DNA of 32,000 nt from Candidatus Saccharimonadota bacterium (GTDB lineage Bacteria; Patescibacteriota; Saccharimonadia; Saccharimonadales; Saccharimonadaceae): contig CP011211.1 of the NCBI GenBank assembly GCA_001029695.1, forward strand, positions 1-32,000. Direction: 5' to 3'. Positions 24,236-31,605 of the stretch are shown here, piece after piece. Positions within the stretch are counted from its first letter, which is position 1; every line of letters begins with the position of its first letter. The position numbers and the translations under genes are program-made. Under the pieces are notes generated by a model that was not told where the DNA came from, ran no database searches, and was given only the letters and a program-made list of their open reading frames with translations.

Positions 24236-25252
24236 ATGAAAAAAATAATAGTCAATATCGTGTCTGAAAGTGACATTTCCGTCCAAGGGCACGGAGTTCA
24301 TACGGCATATGATGAAATGGCGCGTGCGCTTGAGCGACGGAGCGAACTGAAAGTTATCCGCGGTCGTTTTGGCGAGCTTGTTGATTGTGATATCGTACAC
24401 CTTCATACGATTGGATCAAGAACGTGGCGTAAGCTGTTGCAGAAAGGGCCGAAAAAAGTTGTTTCTGTCCACGTCGTACCTGACTCTTTTGTCGGTTCAA
24501 TTGTCATGGCAAGGTTTTGGCGATTTGCTGCTTCGTGGTACATGCGATGGTTTTATGGACGTGCCGACCTACTGCTTGCAGTCTCCGAAGAAACAAAGCG
24601 AGATCTTTTGGACATGGGTATCAAACGCCCAATCGTCGTCGAGTACAATACGATCGATACCACGCGCTATAAGCGTACCTCTTCTTCACTAAGAGATGAG
24701 TATAGAAAAAAACTAGGCATTCCCGAATCGGCCTTTGTCGTCATGGGTGCTGGCCAAGTTCAGCCAAGGAAGCGACTTGACAGCTTTGCCGCCGCCGCGA
24801 TTGCTCTACCTGACGTCTATTTTGTCTGGGTTGGTGGCATGCCATTTGGCAAGATCGCTGCGGACAGCACGCATATGGAGAAAATTATGACCGACGCACC
24901 GAAGAATCTTCTGTTTCCTGGGATTGTCGGTATTGAGACGATGCCTGCATACTATCAAGCTGCAGATATTTTCTTTCTTCCGTCAGATCAAGAGACCTTT
25001 GGTCTTGTCGTGCTTGAGGCGGCTGCCTCTGGACTTCCTGTCATCGTTCGTAATTTACCCGACTACAAGGATTCGTTTGGTGATGATGTTATGCAATGTG
25101 ATGAGGACGAATTTGTAAATTCCATCAGACGACTTAAGCGGAGTAAAAAGGTATATGCTGAATGGTCGGAAAAGTCAGCTCGGATCGCTGAACGATTCGA
25201 CAGTACCGCCGCAGCAGAAAGATACGTCGAATTGTACCGAAATTTGATATAA
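24236..25252 (+). CDS. GT4 glycosyltransferase, CpoA/diglycosyl-diacylglycerol-synthase-like
   Basis: The N-terminus NIVSESDISVQGHGVHTAYDEM resembles the SSA..VKGQGV.SAY start of CpoA/alDGS-type enzymes. The C-terminal region is ETFGLVVLEAAASGLPVI. Confidence 0.6.
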   Translation: MKKIIVNIVSESDISVQGHGVHTAYDEMARALERRSELKVIRGRFGELVDCDIVHLHTIGSRTWRKLLQKGPKKVVSVHVVPDSFVGSIVMARFWRFAASWYMRWFYGRADLLLAVSEETKRDLLDMGIKRPIVVEYNTIDTTRYKRTSSSLRDEYRKKLGIPESAFVVMGAGQVQPRKRLDSFAAAAIALPDVYFVWVGGMPFGKIAADSTHMEKIMTDAPKNLLFPGIVGIETMPAYYQAADIFFLPSDQETFGLVVLEAAASGLPVIVRNLPDYKDSFGDDVMQCDEDEFVNSIRRLKRSKKVYAEWSEKSARIAERFDSTAAAERYVELYRNLI

Positions 25253-25253
25253 T
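25245..25253 (+). promoter_or_regulatory. Possible internal extended -10 (TGaTATAAT) overlapping the stop of the upstream gene
   Basis: It lies 12 nt upstream of the ATG at 25266. Confidence 0.35.
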
Positions 25254-25265
25254 AGGAAAAGTATT

Positions 25266-26540
25266 ATGCGCATTGGCCTTTTTACAGACACCTACCACCC
25301 TGCTATTAATGGCATCGTCAATGTCGTCGACATCACTCGCGAGCAACTCGAGGCTATGGGCCACGAAGTATTTGTGTTTTGCCCAAAGGTAAATCACGAC
25401 ACTAAGGAATACGACGATCATGTTATTCGATTTCGGAGTATCCCATCGGGACTTTTTGACGACAATCGCGTGTCGATGTTCTTTCCGCCAATTGCTATGC
25501 GTACGATCCGTAAGCTCGATCTTGATGTCATCCACTTCTTTACCCCACTTCAGATTGGAATGATGGGTGTCTATGCAGCCGAGAGGACTGACGCGATTTT
25601 AGTTGGTCATCACTGTACTGATTTTTACCACTATGTCGAGCACTATCCGCAGGTACTTCCCGGTATCCTTGCGATGGCAATGACGTTGCCATTTACCGTA
25701 AAGATTAGTGGCATCGATGCTCGTACGCTTGCCCGTACATATCGCCCGCAACTTGGAATTACGCAGTGGAATCGTGACGTGGTTGAAAACATGATGTCTC
25801 TTATATATAGTCGCTGCGACGCAGTCATTGCGCTCTCTCGAAAAAGCCAGCTACAGCTTGATTCTTGGCGGGGTGAATATTATTACGATGTAACGTTACT
25901 GCCGACAGGAGTTGATGCACTGCCTCGTGCAACAGCCGCTCAAGTAAATGAATTTAAGAAGCGATTTGGTATTGCCAAAGATGACAAAGTTATGAGCTAT
26001 GTCGGACGCCTCGCTGCGGAAAAGAATCTCGCGTCTCTTATTCCTACGCTCAAAAAAGTACTCAAGAAGCATCCAAATGCACGATTGATGTATGTTGGTG
26101 ATTTTGACTTCCGTGAAGAGCTTGAGCGTTTGGCGGATGAGTCAGGGTTTGGCGATAGGATTACGTTTACAGGGAGAATCCCCCGAGAAGAGCTTAGCGT
26201 CGCGTACCAGGCAAGTGATATATTTATTTTCCCATCTACTACCGATACTCAAGGGCTTGCTATTCACGAGGCAGCGCTTGTGGGCTTGCCTATCATACTT
26301 GTAGATAAGCATTTAAGCGAGGTTGTCATCGATGGCCAAAATGGGTTTATCGCAAATGATTCTCCGGCAAGTATGGCAAATAAAGTTATCACACTCCTCG
26401 ACGATCCTGAGATGTGTAAAAAATTTGGCGCAGCGAGTAAGAAAGTTGCGAGTCAATTCAGTGAGTATGGTCAGACGAGGACGCTCGAAGCGATCTACCG
26501 ACAAGCAATCGCTGACCGCGAGAACGACTCAGAGGAGTAA
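25266..26540 (+). CDS. GT4 glycosyltransferase, monoglycosyl-diacylglycerol-synthase-like
   Basis: The N-terminus MRIGLFTDTYHPAINGIV is typical of alMGS/Spr0982/SqdX-like lipid glycosyltransferases. The C-terminal region is DTQGLAIHEAALVGLPII. Confidence 0.65.
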   Translation: MRIGLFTDTYHPAINGIVNVVDITREQLEAMGHEVFVFCPKVNHDTKEYDDHVIRFRSIPSGLFDDNRVSMFFPPIAMRTIRKLDLDVIHFFTPLQIGMMGVYAAERTDAILVGHHCTDFYHYVEHYPQVLPGILAMAMTLPFTVKISGIDARTLARTYRPQLGITQWNRDVVENMMSLIYSRCDAVIALSRKSQLQLDSWRGEYYYDVTLLPTGVDALPRATAAQVNEFKKRFGIAKDDKVMSYVGRLAAEKNLASLIPTLKKVLKKHPNARLMYVGDFDFREELERLADESGFGDRITFTGRIPREELSVAYQASDIFIFPSTTDTQGLAIHEAALVGLPIILVDKHLSEVVIDGQNGFIANDSPASMANKVITLLDDPEMCKKFGAASKKVASQFSEYGQTRTLEAIYRQAIADRENDSEE

Positions 26541-26542
26541 GG

Positions 26543-26574
26543 AAAAACCGCTAGAGTTACTCTAACTCTAGCGG
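26543..26574 (-). terminator. Rho-independent terminator (12-bp perfect stem) between convergent genes
   Basis: CCGCTAGAGTTA (26548-26559) pairs with TAACTCTAGCGG (26563-26574) around loop CTC. A5 at 26543-26547 supplies a U-tract for the minus-strand transcript. The + strand side has no T-tract. Confidence 0.7.
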
Positions 26575-26579
26575 TACTG

Positions 26580-26861
26580 CTATAGGGCGTTGAGCGGACG
26601 CGTCATCTTGACGATAGCTCGTTCTTGTCGACGACGGAGGCGTGCCACCTCTCTCGTGGCCTGCCTGATGACAATTTCGCATGTTTGTTGAAGGCTGGTG
26701 TCTTTGCGTCGCACTGCTTCTTCGAGAAGGCATTGTATATTTGCAATTGCCAGCTTCTTTTGCCTAATCTTATCTTCTATGATGCTGGGATTGTTATACC
26801 CTTCAAGCCATGTACGAGGCGAAATGCTTCGGATGAAAATGGTAGTGTGCGAAGTAGTCAT
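26580..26861 (-). CDS. Hypothetical protein (93 aa)
   Basis: AAGGGGG SD lies 6 nt upstream, with a TATAGA -10-like element and a downstream terminator. The C-terminal half is helical and basic. No family was recognised. Confidence 0.5.
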   Translation of the reverse strand: MTTSHTTIFIRSISPRTWLEGYNNPSIIEDKIRQKKLAIANIQCLLEEAVRRKDTSLQQTCEIVIRQATREVARLRRRQERAIVKMTRPLNAL

Positions 26862-26890
26862 TGACAGCCCCCTTCTCTCTATAGCAAATT

Positions 26891-26909
26891 ATTAATGAAA
26901 GTCATTAAT
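26891..26909. promoter_or_regulatory. Palindromic operator-like site ATTAATGA-AAG-TCATTAAT
   Basis: Perfect 8-bp arms, centred in the 107-bp divergent region between 26861 and 26969. Confidence 0.4.
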
Positions 26910-26951
26910 TATGAAGATATTATCATAAATACTATAAAAAGTCAATGAGTG

Positions 26952-26960
26952 TGATATACT
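26952..26960 (+). promoter_or_regulatory. Extended -10 (TGaTATACT) 8 nt upstream of the ABC-F ATG
   Basis: Sequence gTGaTATACTaaacagatATG. No SD is present. Confidence 0.55.
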
Positions 26961-26968
26961 AAACAGAT

Positions 26969-28609
26969 ATGATCGCTGATATTATCGTAACCGAAAAGTC
27001 TTTCGGTCCTAAACTCTTGATGTCCAATATTAAATTCTCTATCGATGATGGTGAAAAAGTTGGGGTTATTGGTCGTAATGGTGTCGGCAAGTCTACGCTG
27101 TTTGGTATTGTTGCTGGAACTGACAAAGACTTCACGGGTGATATCATCTTTAAGCGCGGCACGGTTGTCGTAGCTACTCAGCAAGAGCATCACGACATGG
27201 GCGACACGACGGTACTTCAGTATGTACTCCAAGGACTTCCTGAGTACAGTAAGCTTTCGCACATTATCGAGACGTACCCAGAGACTATGGGTGACGACAT
27301 GAAGCTCATCGATGAGTATACGCAAGCACTTATGCGCTTTGATGACAAAGGATTTTATCAGATCGAAGAGCAGATCGAGCGCGAGCTTGATAACTTCCAA
27401 CTGCCCGATGTTGCGCATCGCAAATTCTCGACGTTGTCTGGTGGGCAGAAACGTCTCATCGAAGTGGTAAAAGTGATGCACTCGGATGCTCACCTCGCCC
27501 TCGTGGATGAGCCGACGAACCATATGGATTACATCGCAAAAGCACAGTATGTTGAATGGATGAAGACAGCTCGCGAAGCGATGCTAGTGATTACTCACGA
27601 CCGAGATGTATTGAACGAAGTTGATCGTATTGTTGAGCTAAAGGACGGTGGAAACGTTAGCTACAAGGGTAACTATGATGCATATCTCAAGCAGAACGCT
27701 ATCTCTACTGGTACGCAAATGAACGATTTCGAGATGATTGAAAAGCGCATCGTCAACTTAAAGGCGAAGGTTATCGACTATCAGCGTCTCAAGGAAAAAT
27801 CACGTAACCCAGGGACTATACAGAAGTTTAAGCGACTCGAAGAGCAATCAAGAAAAGAATTGGCGGAATTGCAGGCCGTAGAAAAGCCAACGTTCTGGAT
27901 CGATAAGGATTCAGCGGCAAATCTTAACTACAAGGTTGCCGCCCAGTACGATAAGTTTAAGGCACAAAATATAAAAATGAACCTTAAGAATGACGACTCT
28001 CGTAGTAAGCATATCCTTGTAAACGTCAAAGACCTTAGTCTTGGCTACGGAGACACTCCCCTCTTCTCAGGTATCAATATTGATCTTCGTGAAGGTGAGT
28101 CGATGGAGCTTCGTGGGCGAAACGGTGCTGGTAAGACGACAGTCATTAAGGCGATACTTGGCGACGACTCTATGACGCGCTTCTCAGGAGATATTACACT
28201 TGATCGTCAGATGCGTATCGGTGTTTACGAGCAAGAAGTGTCAAATGCCTACTTCAATCTTCCGCTTATGGAGGCGATTGAACGCATGTATCTTGATCGC
28301 AATCTCAGCATTAGTGACGAGAAGATTCGTGGGCTTCTTAGTAGCTATCTTTTTAATGAGGGTGATGGGCGTATTCCGCTTGCTAAACTTTCTGGTGGTC
28401 AAAAGGCACGTTTCCAGCTCATCTCTATGCTTGCCGATGATCCACAGCTCTTGATTCTCGATGAGCCAACGAACCACCTCGACCTCCCGTCAATTGAAGA
28501 GCTCGAAACGGCGCTGGCAAAGTATTCTGGTGCGACTCTTTATGTCAGTCACGATGGTTATTTCCGTAACTCACTTGGTGGTGAAGTGATTCAGGTTGGT
28601 GCAAAGTAG
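26969..28609 (+). CDS. ABC-F family ATPase (two ABC domains with a linker, no TM domain)
   Basis: Walker A GRNGVGKST and GRNGAGKTT, signatures LSGGQKRL and LSGGQKARF, Walker B LALVDEP and LLILDEP. The charged inter-domain linker is typical of ABC-F translation factors. Confidence 0.88.
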   Translation: MIADIIVTEKSFGPKLLMSNIKFSIDDGEKVGVIGRNGVGKSTLFGIVAGTDKDFTGDIIFKRGTVVVATQQEHHDMGDTTVLQYVLQGLPEYSKLSHIIETYPETMGDDMKLIDEYTQALMRFDDKGFYQIEEQIERELDNFQLPDVAHRKFSTLSGGQKRLIEVVKVMHSDAHLALVDEPTNHMDYIAKAQYVEWMKTAREAMLVITHDRDVLNEVDRIVELKDGGNVSYKGNYDAYLKQNAISTGTQMNDFEMIEKRIVNLKAKVIDYQRLKEKSRNPGTIQKFKRLEEQSRKELAELQAVEKPTFWIDKDSAANLNYKVAAQYDKFKAQNIKMNLKNDDSRSKHILVNVKDLSLGYGDTPLFSGINIDLREGESMELRGRNGAGKTTVIKAILGDDSMTRFSGDITLDRQMRIGVYEQEVSNAYFNLPLMEAIERMYLDRNLSISDEKIRGLLSSYLFNEGDGRIPLAKLSGGQKARFQLISMLADDPQLLILDEPTNHLDLPSIEELETALAKYSGATLYVSHDGYFRNSLGGEVIQVGAK

Positions 28610-28639
28610 GCCGTAAGATCAAAAGATCGCTCTATTATT

Positions 28640-28670
28640 AAAATCCTCGGATTCTGTATCCGAGGATTTT
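28640..28670. terminator. Bidirectional rho-independent terminator
   Basis: AAAATCCTCGGAT (28640-28652) pairs with ATCCGAGGATTTT (28658-28670) around loop TCTGT. A/T tracts on both sides sit between the convergent genes. Confidence 0.8.
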
Positions 28671-28697
28671 ACGTTAGCGGTAGCTTATTCCTGATAT

Positions 28698-28976
28698 CTA
28701 GGCAGCGACAGGTTCGATGTTGTGATTCTTGATCGCTTCTTGGATTTTTGGTCGATCAAACCCAAGCACGACATCACCAGCGATATCTGTTACTGGGACG
28801 CCCTGGAAATTACCACCGAGCTTTGCCATAAGCTCTTCGTAAGCTTCTTTGTCGGCCTCGATATCTTTGGCGATGTATGAAAAGCCAAGTTTGTCGAGCC
28901 ACTGCATTTCCGTATGGCAAAATGCGCACCAAGTAGTGCTATAGACGGTAATTTGTGGTTTTACGGTGTCGCTCAT
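28698..28976 (-). CDS. Glutaredoxin-like (NrdH/YruB-type) thioredoxin-fold protein
   Basis: VYSTTWCAFCHTEMQWL contains the CxxC active site. Length is 92 aa. The GVPVT cis-Pro region is present. AGAGGGA SD lies upstream, and TGaTATACT sits at 29006-29014 (reverse complement). Confidence 0.8.
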   Translation of the reverse strand: MSDTVKPQITVYSTTWCAFCHTEMQWLDKLGFSYIAKDIEADKEAYEELMAKLGGNFQGVPVTDIAGDVVLGFDRPKIQEAIKNHNIEPVAA

Positions 28977-29052
28977 AAGATTTCCCTCTTTCGTTTACTA
29001 TACTTAGTATATCAAAATAACTGTTCTCTTGTCAATTATATCAGGTGTAGTG

Positions 29053-29262
29053 TTACTGCATATCGCGGTTTTGCTTCCGAGTAAGATACCAGCCGCCATT
29101 GAGCTCTGATTTATAGACAAATAATTCTAGATCAGCCTTGAGGAGCATTTGATATTCGGCGGCGTTTTCTGCCTCGCGCTTTGTTGCAAAGCGCTTTTTT
29201 CCAGCTTCGCGATCAACGAACTGAAGTGGTGTATGTTTTACATGATTATTCTTGCGTGGCAC
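29053..29262 (-). CDS. Hypothetical small protein (69 aa)
   Basis: GTG start with no clear SD, divergent from the atp operon. The ORF is conserved-looking but unrecognised. Confidence 0.35.
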   Translation of the reverse strand: MPRKNNHVKHTPLQFVDREAGKKRFATKREAENAAEYQMLLKADLELFVYKSELNGGWYLTRKQNRDMQ

Positions 29263-29284
29263 GGTTGCGTAGTCTGCTTTCTGC

Positions 29285-29293
29285 TGTTATTAT
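29285..29293 (+). promoter_or_regulatory. Extended -10 (TGtTATTAT) 8 nt upstream of the atpZ-like ATG
   Basis: Sequence cTGtTATTATatagcgagATG. No SD is present. Confidence 0.45.
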
Positions 29294-29301
29294 ATAGCGA
29301 G

Positions 29302-29553
29302 ATGAGCACATCATCAAATAGTTCTGATGACAAGCCCACGCCGCCGGAAAAAACGACGGTCGTTTTATTGCTTGGAACTATTGGTGATACGACATGGCGC
29401 ATGTTTGTGCCAACGGTCGGACTGACCATCCTTGGGGTAATAGGCGACAATATGTTCGCTACAAAACCATGGCTGACAGTTGGGGGTATCATTATCGGAA
29501 TTATCGGCGCCGCCCTCTTGGTCCGTCGCCAACTAAAAGGAATAAAGAAATAA
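29302..29553 (+). CDS. AtpZ/AtpI-like small membrane protein, first gene of the atp operon
   Basis: ATG at 29302 within the 29149 track ORF. It has two hydrophobic helices and sits directly upstream of atpB. The motif GDTTWRMFVPTVG resembles the AtpZ family. Confidence 0.6.
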   Translation: MSTSSNSSDDKPTPPEKTTVVLLLGTIGDTTWRMFVPTVGLTILGVIGDNMFATKPWLTVGGIIIGIIGAALLVRRQLKGIKK

Positions 29554-29556
29554 TAT

Positions 29557-30387
29557 ATGTTACATAGTTTTGCCGCATTAGATCTTCATATTAGCCTCGC
29601 TGCTGAACCGGTGTTTCATATCGGCTCATTTGCTGTTACGAACTCTTTGATCTTGGGGATTTTTGGGGTTGTTATGCTCCTTGCGATTATGTTTTATGTT
29701 GCAGGCAAGGTGAAGCGCGGTAAGTACAATCGTTTCGTCGGGCTTGTGCAATGGACTTTTGAAGGTTTCTTGAAGTCCGCTGAAGATATCATTGGTGACA
29801 AGGTGCTTGCACGCAAGATTTTCCCGATTGCAATGACGATATTCTTTACTGTCCTTATCACCTATTGGGCGAGTATACTTCCGGGAGTTGGCTCGCTGAC
29901 ATGGAATGGTGTACCGCTCTTTCGAGGTCTTCCTGCCGACCTTAACTTTACGTTTGCGCTCGCGATTATCACGATTGTTGCTTCGCAGGTATATGCCATT
30001 CAACGCCACGGCTTCTTTGGTAATATAGGTCGCTATGTCAAAAACCCTATCAAAGACCCGATCGGCGCGTTCGAGGGTGTACTTGAGCTGATCGGTGAGT
30101 TCTCTCGACTTGTCGCACTAAGCTTGCGTTTGTTTGGTAATGCGTTTGCTGGCGAGGTTCTACTGCTCGTTATCGCTGTACTCACGAGCTATGCAGCTAG
30201 TGTGGTACTACCATTCTTTATGGTGTTCGAGTTGTTTATCGGCTTTATCCAGGCATACGTGTTCTTCGTCCTTACGCTTATTTTTACCTCACTTGCTGTC
30301 GCGACTCATGGAAACCACGACGAACATACCTCTTCTCTTGATCATTCATCTGCTGATACCCCTAAAGCGGCCAAGCAATTGGAATGA
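29557..30387 (+). CDS. atpB: F0F1 ATP synthase subunit a
   Basis: The conserved LSLRLFGN motif carries the essential Arg. The protein is polytopic and in the expected operon position. Confidence 0.9.
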   Translation: MLHSFAALDLHISLAAEPVFHIGSFAVTNSLILGIFGVVMLLAIMFYVAGKVKRGKYNRFVGLVQWTFEGFLKSAEDIIGDKVLARKIFPIAMTIFFTVLITYWASILPGVGSLTWNGVPLFRGLPADLNFTFALAIITIVASQVYAIQRHGFFGNIGRYVKNPIKDPIGAFEGVLELIGEFSRLVALSLRLFGNAFAGEVLLLVIAVLTSYAASVVLPFFMVFELFIGFIQAYVFFVLTLIFTSLAVATHGNHDEHTSSLDHSSADTPKAAKQLE

Positions 30388-30423
30388 TATATAATCTAGG
30401 TAATAATTAAAGGAGATACAATA

Positions 30424-30636
30424 ATGAATGAATTAGCATTTGGACTGACATACGCCCTTCCTGCACTCGGTGCAGCACTTGGTGTTGGATTTATCGGCGC
30501 CGGCGCGTTGAACGCACTTGGCCGTAACCCAGAAAAACTAAGCGAAATCCGTACGCTTATGATTACTGCGATCGTATTCGCCGATTCACTTGCGATCATC
30601 GGTATTATCGTTGCTATCATTGCGAAGTTCCTCTAG
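30424..30636 (+). CDS. atpE: F0F1 ATP synthase subunit c
   Basis: A 70-aa hairpin proteolipid with loop GRNPE and the carboxylate in IVFADSLAI. AAAGGAG SD lies upstream. Confidence 0.9.
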   Translation: MNELAFGLTYALPALGAALGVGFIGAGALNALGRNPEKLSEIRTLMITAIVFADSLAIIGIIVAIIAKFL

Positions 30637-30651
30637 GAGTAAACAATTCGC

Positions 30652-31197
30652 ATGAATGTATTATTAACTCAATTTGCCTCTACAGAAGCCGGTGCATCTG
30701 ACGGTGGTATCTTTGGTGCGCTTGGTATCGATCTTACGATGCTTATTGTGCAGGGTATCGCCTTTCTGATTCTCGTATGGGTGCTCGGAAAGTTCGTCTA
30801 TCCAGTCTTCTTGAAGTCTGTCGATGAGCGTCAGGCTAAGATTGAAGAGGGTTCAAAAGCTGCCGCAGCTGCTGAGAAAAAAGCGAGCGAAGCGCAGGAA
30901 GAAGTTGCAAAACTCCTTTCTGAAGCACGCAAGGAAGCTGGCTTTATCGTTGCGACTGCCAAAGAAGAAGCGAATGCCGCTGTTGAGGCTGCAGATGCAA
31001 AAGCAAAGGCTCGTGCGGAAAAGATTGTAGCAAATGCAACTGAAACGATCGAAAAAGAAGTGATCGCTGCTAAAAAAGCACTTCACAATGAAACGATTGA
31101 TCTTGTGGCACAAGCAACTGAAAAAGTACTTGGCCATGTCGTTACTGACAAGGTTGATGAAAAAGTTATCGCAGCGGCAATCAAGGAAGTGAACTAG
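30652..31197 (+). CDS. atpF: F0F1 ATP synthase subunit b
   Basis: An N-terminal TM helix followed by a long Ala/Glu/Lys-rich helix, in the expected operon position. Confidence 0.85.
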   Translation: MNVLLTQFASTEAGASDGGIFGALGIDLTMLIVQGIAFLILVWVLGKFVYPVFLKSVDERQAKIEEGSKAAAAAEKKASEAQEEVAKLLSEARKEAGFIVATAKEEANAAVEAADAKAKARAEKIVANATETIEKEVIAAKKALHNETIDLVAQATEKVLGHVVTDKVDEKVIAAAIKEVN

Positions 31198-31200
31198 TCT

Positions 31201-31590
31201 ATGGCGGTTCGTGTTTCTCGACGTAAAATCGCAAGCTACTATGCAGATGAGCTGCTTGCAAGAAAAACCGATATTGCGACGCGACTTGCAGCATTGCTCC
31301 TCGATACAGGACGTGTCCGAGAGCTTGACCTCATCGTCCGAGATATCGAAGATGCGCTCGAGGCACGAGGGGTTGTGGTCGCAGATGTCGCTTCGGCGCA
31401 TACATTGAGTCAGGCGACACAAAAGGACATTACTGCATTCTTGAAGAAGCAGAGTGACGCAAAAGAAGTTCATTTGCGCGTAAACGTTGACCAAGCTCTC
31501 CTTGGCGGCGTCCGCATCAATGTTCCAGGCCGTGAGCTTGATACAACGCTTCGGCGCAAGTTGACACTACTAAAGGCAAGTAAAGTTTAA
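31201..31590 (+). CDS. atpH: F0F1 ATP synthase subunit delta (short, 129 aa)
   Basis: It sits between atpF and atpA. The C-terminal VDQALLGGVRINVPGRELDTTLRRKL matches the OSCP C-terminal pattern. Confidence 0.7.
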   Translation: MAVRVSRRKIASYYADELLARKTDIATRLAALLLDTGRVRELDLIVRDIEDALEARGVVVADVASAHTLSQATQKDITAFLKKQSDAKEVHLRVNVDQALLGGVRINVPGRELDTTLRRKLTLLKASKV

Positions 31591-31605
31591 GAAGGATTAT
31601 AAAAG

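Noticed and set aside
23867-24406. 179-aa minus-strand ORF
   Set aside because: It is antisense across the junction of the hydrolase and GT4 genes. It has no SD or promoter support.
26942-27523. 193-aa minus-strand ORF
   Set aside because: It is fully antisense to the ABC-F gene, whose Walker and signature motifs are unambiguous.
30853-31494. 213-aa minus-strand ORF
   Set aside because: It is antisense to atpF and atpH. It is Cys-rich, a typical shadow ORF of an Ala/Glu/Lys-rich gene.
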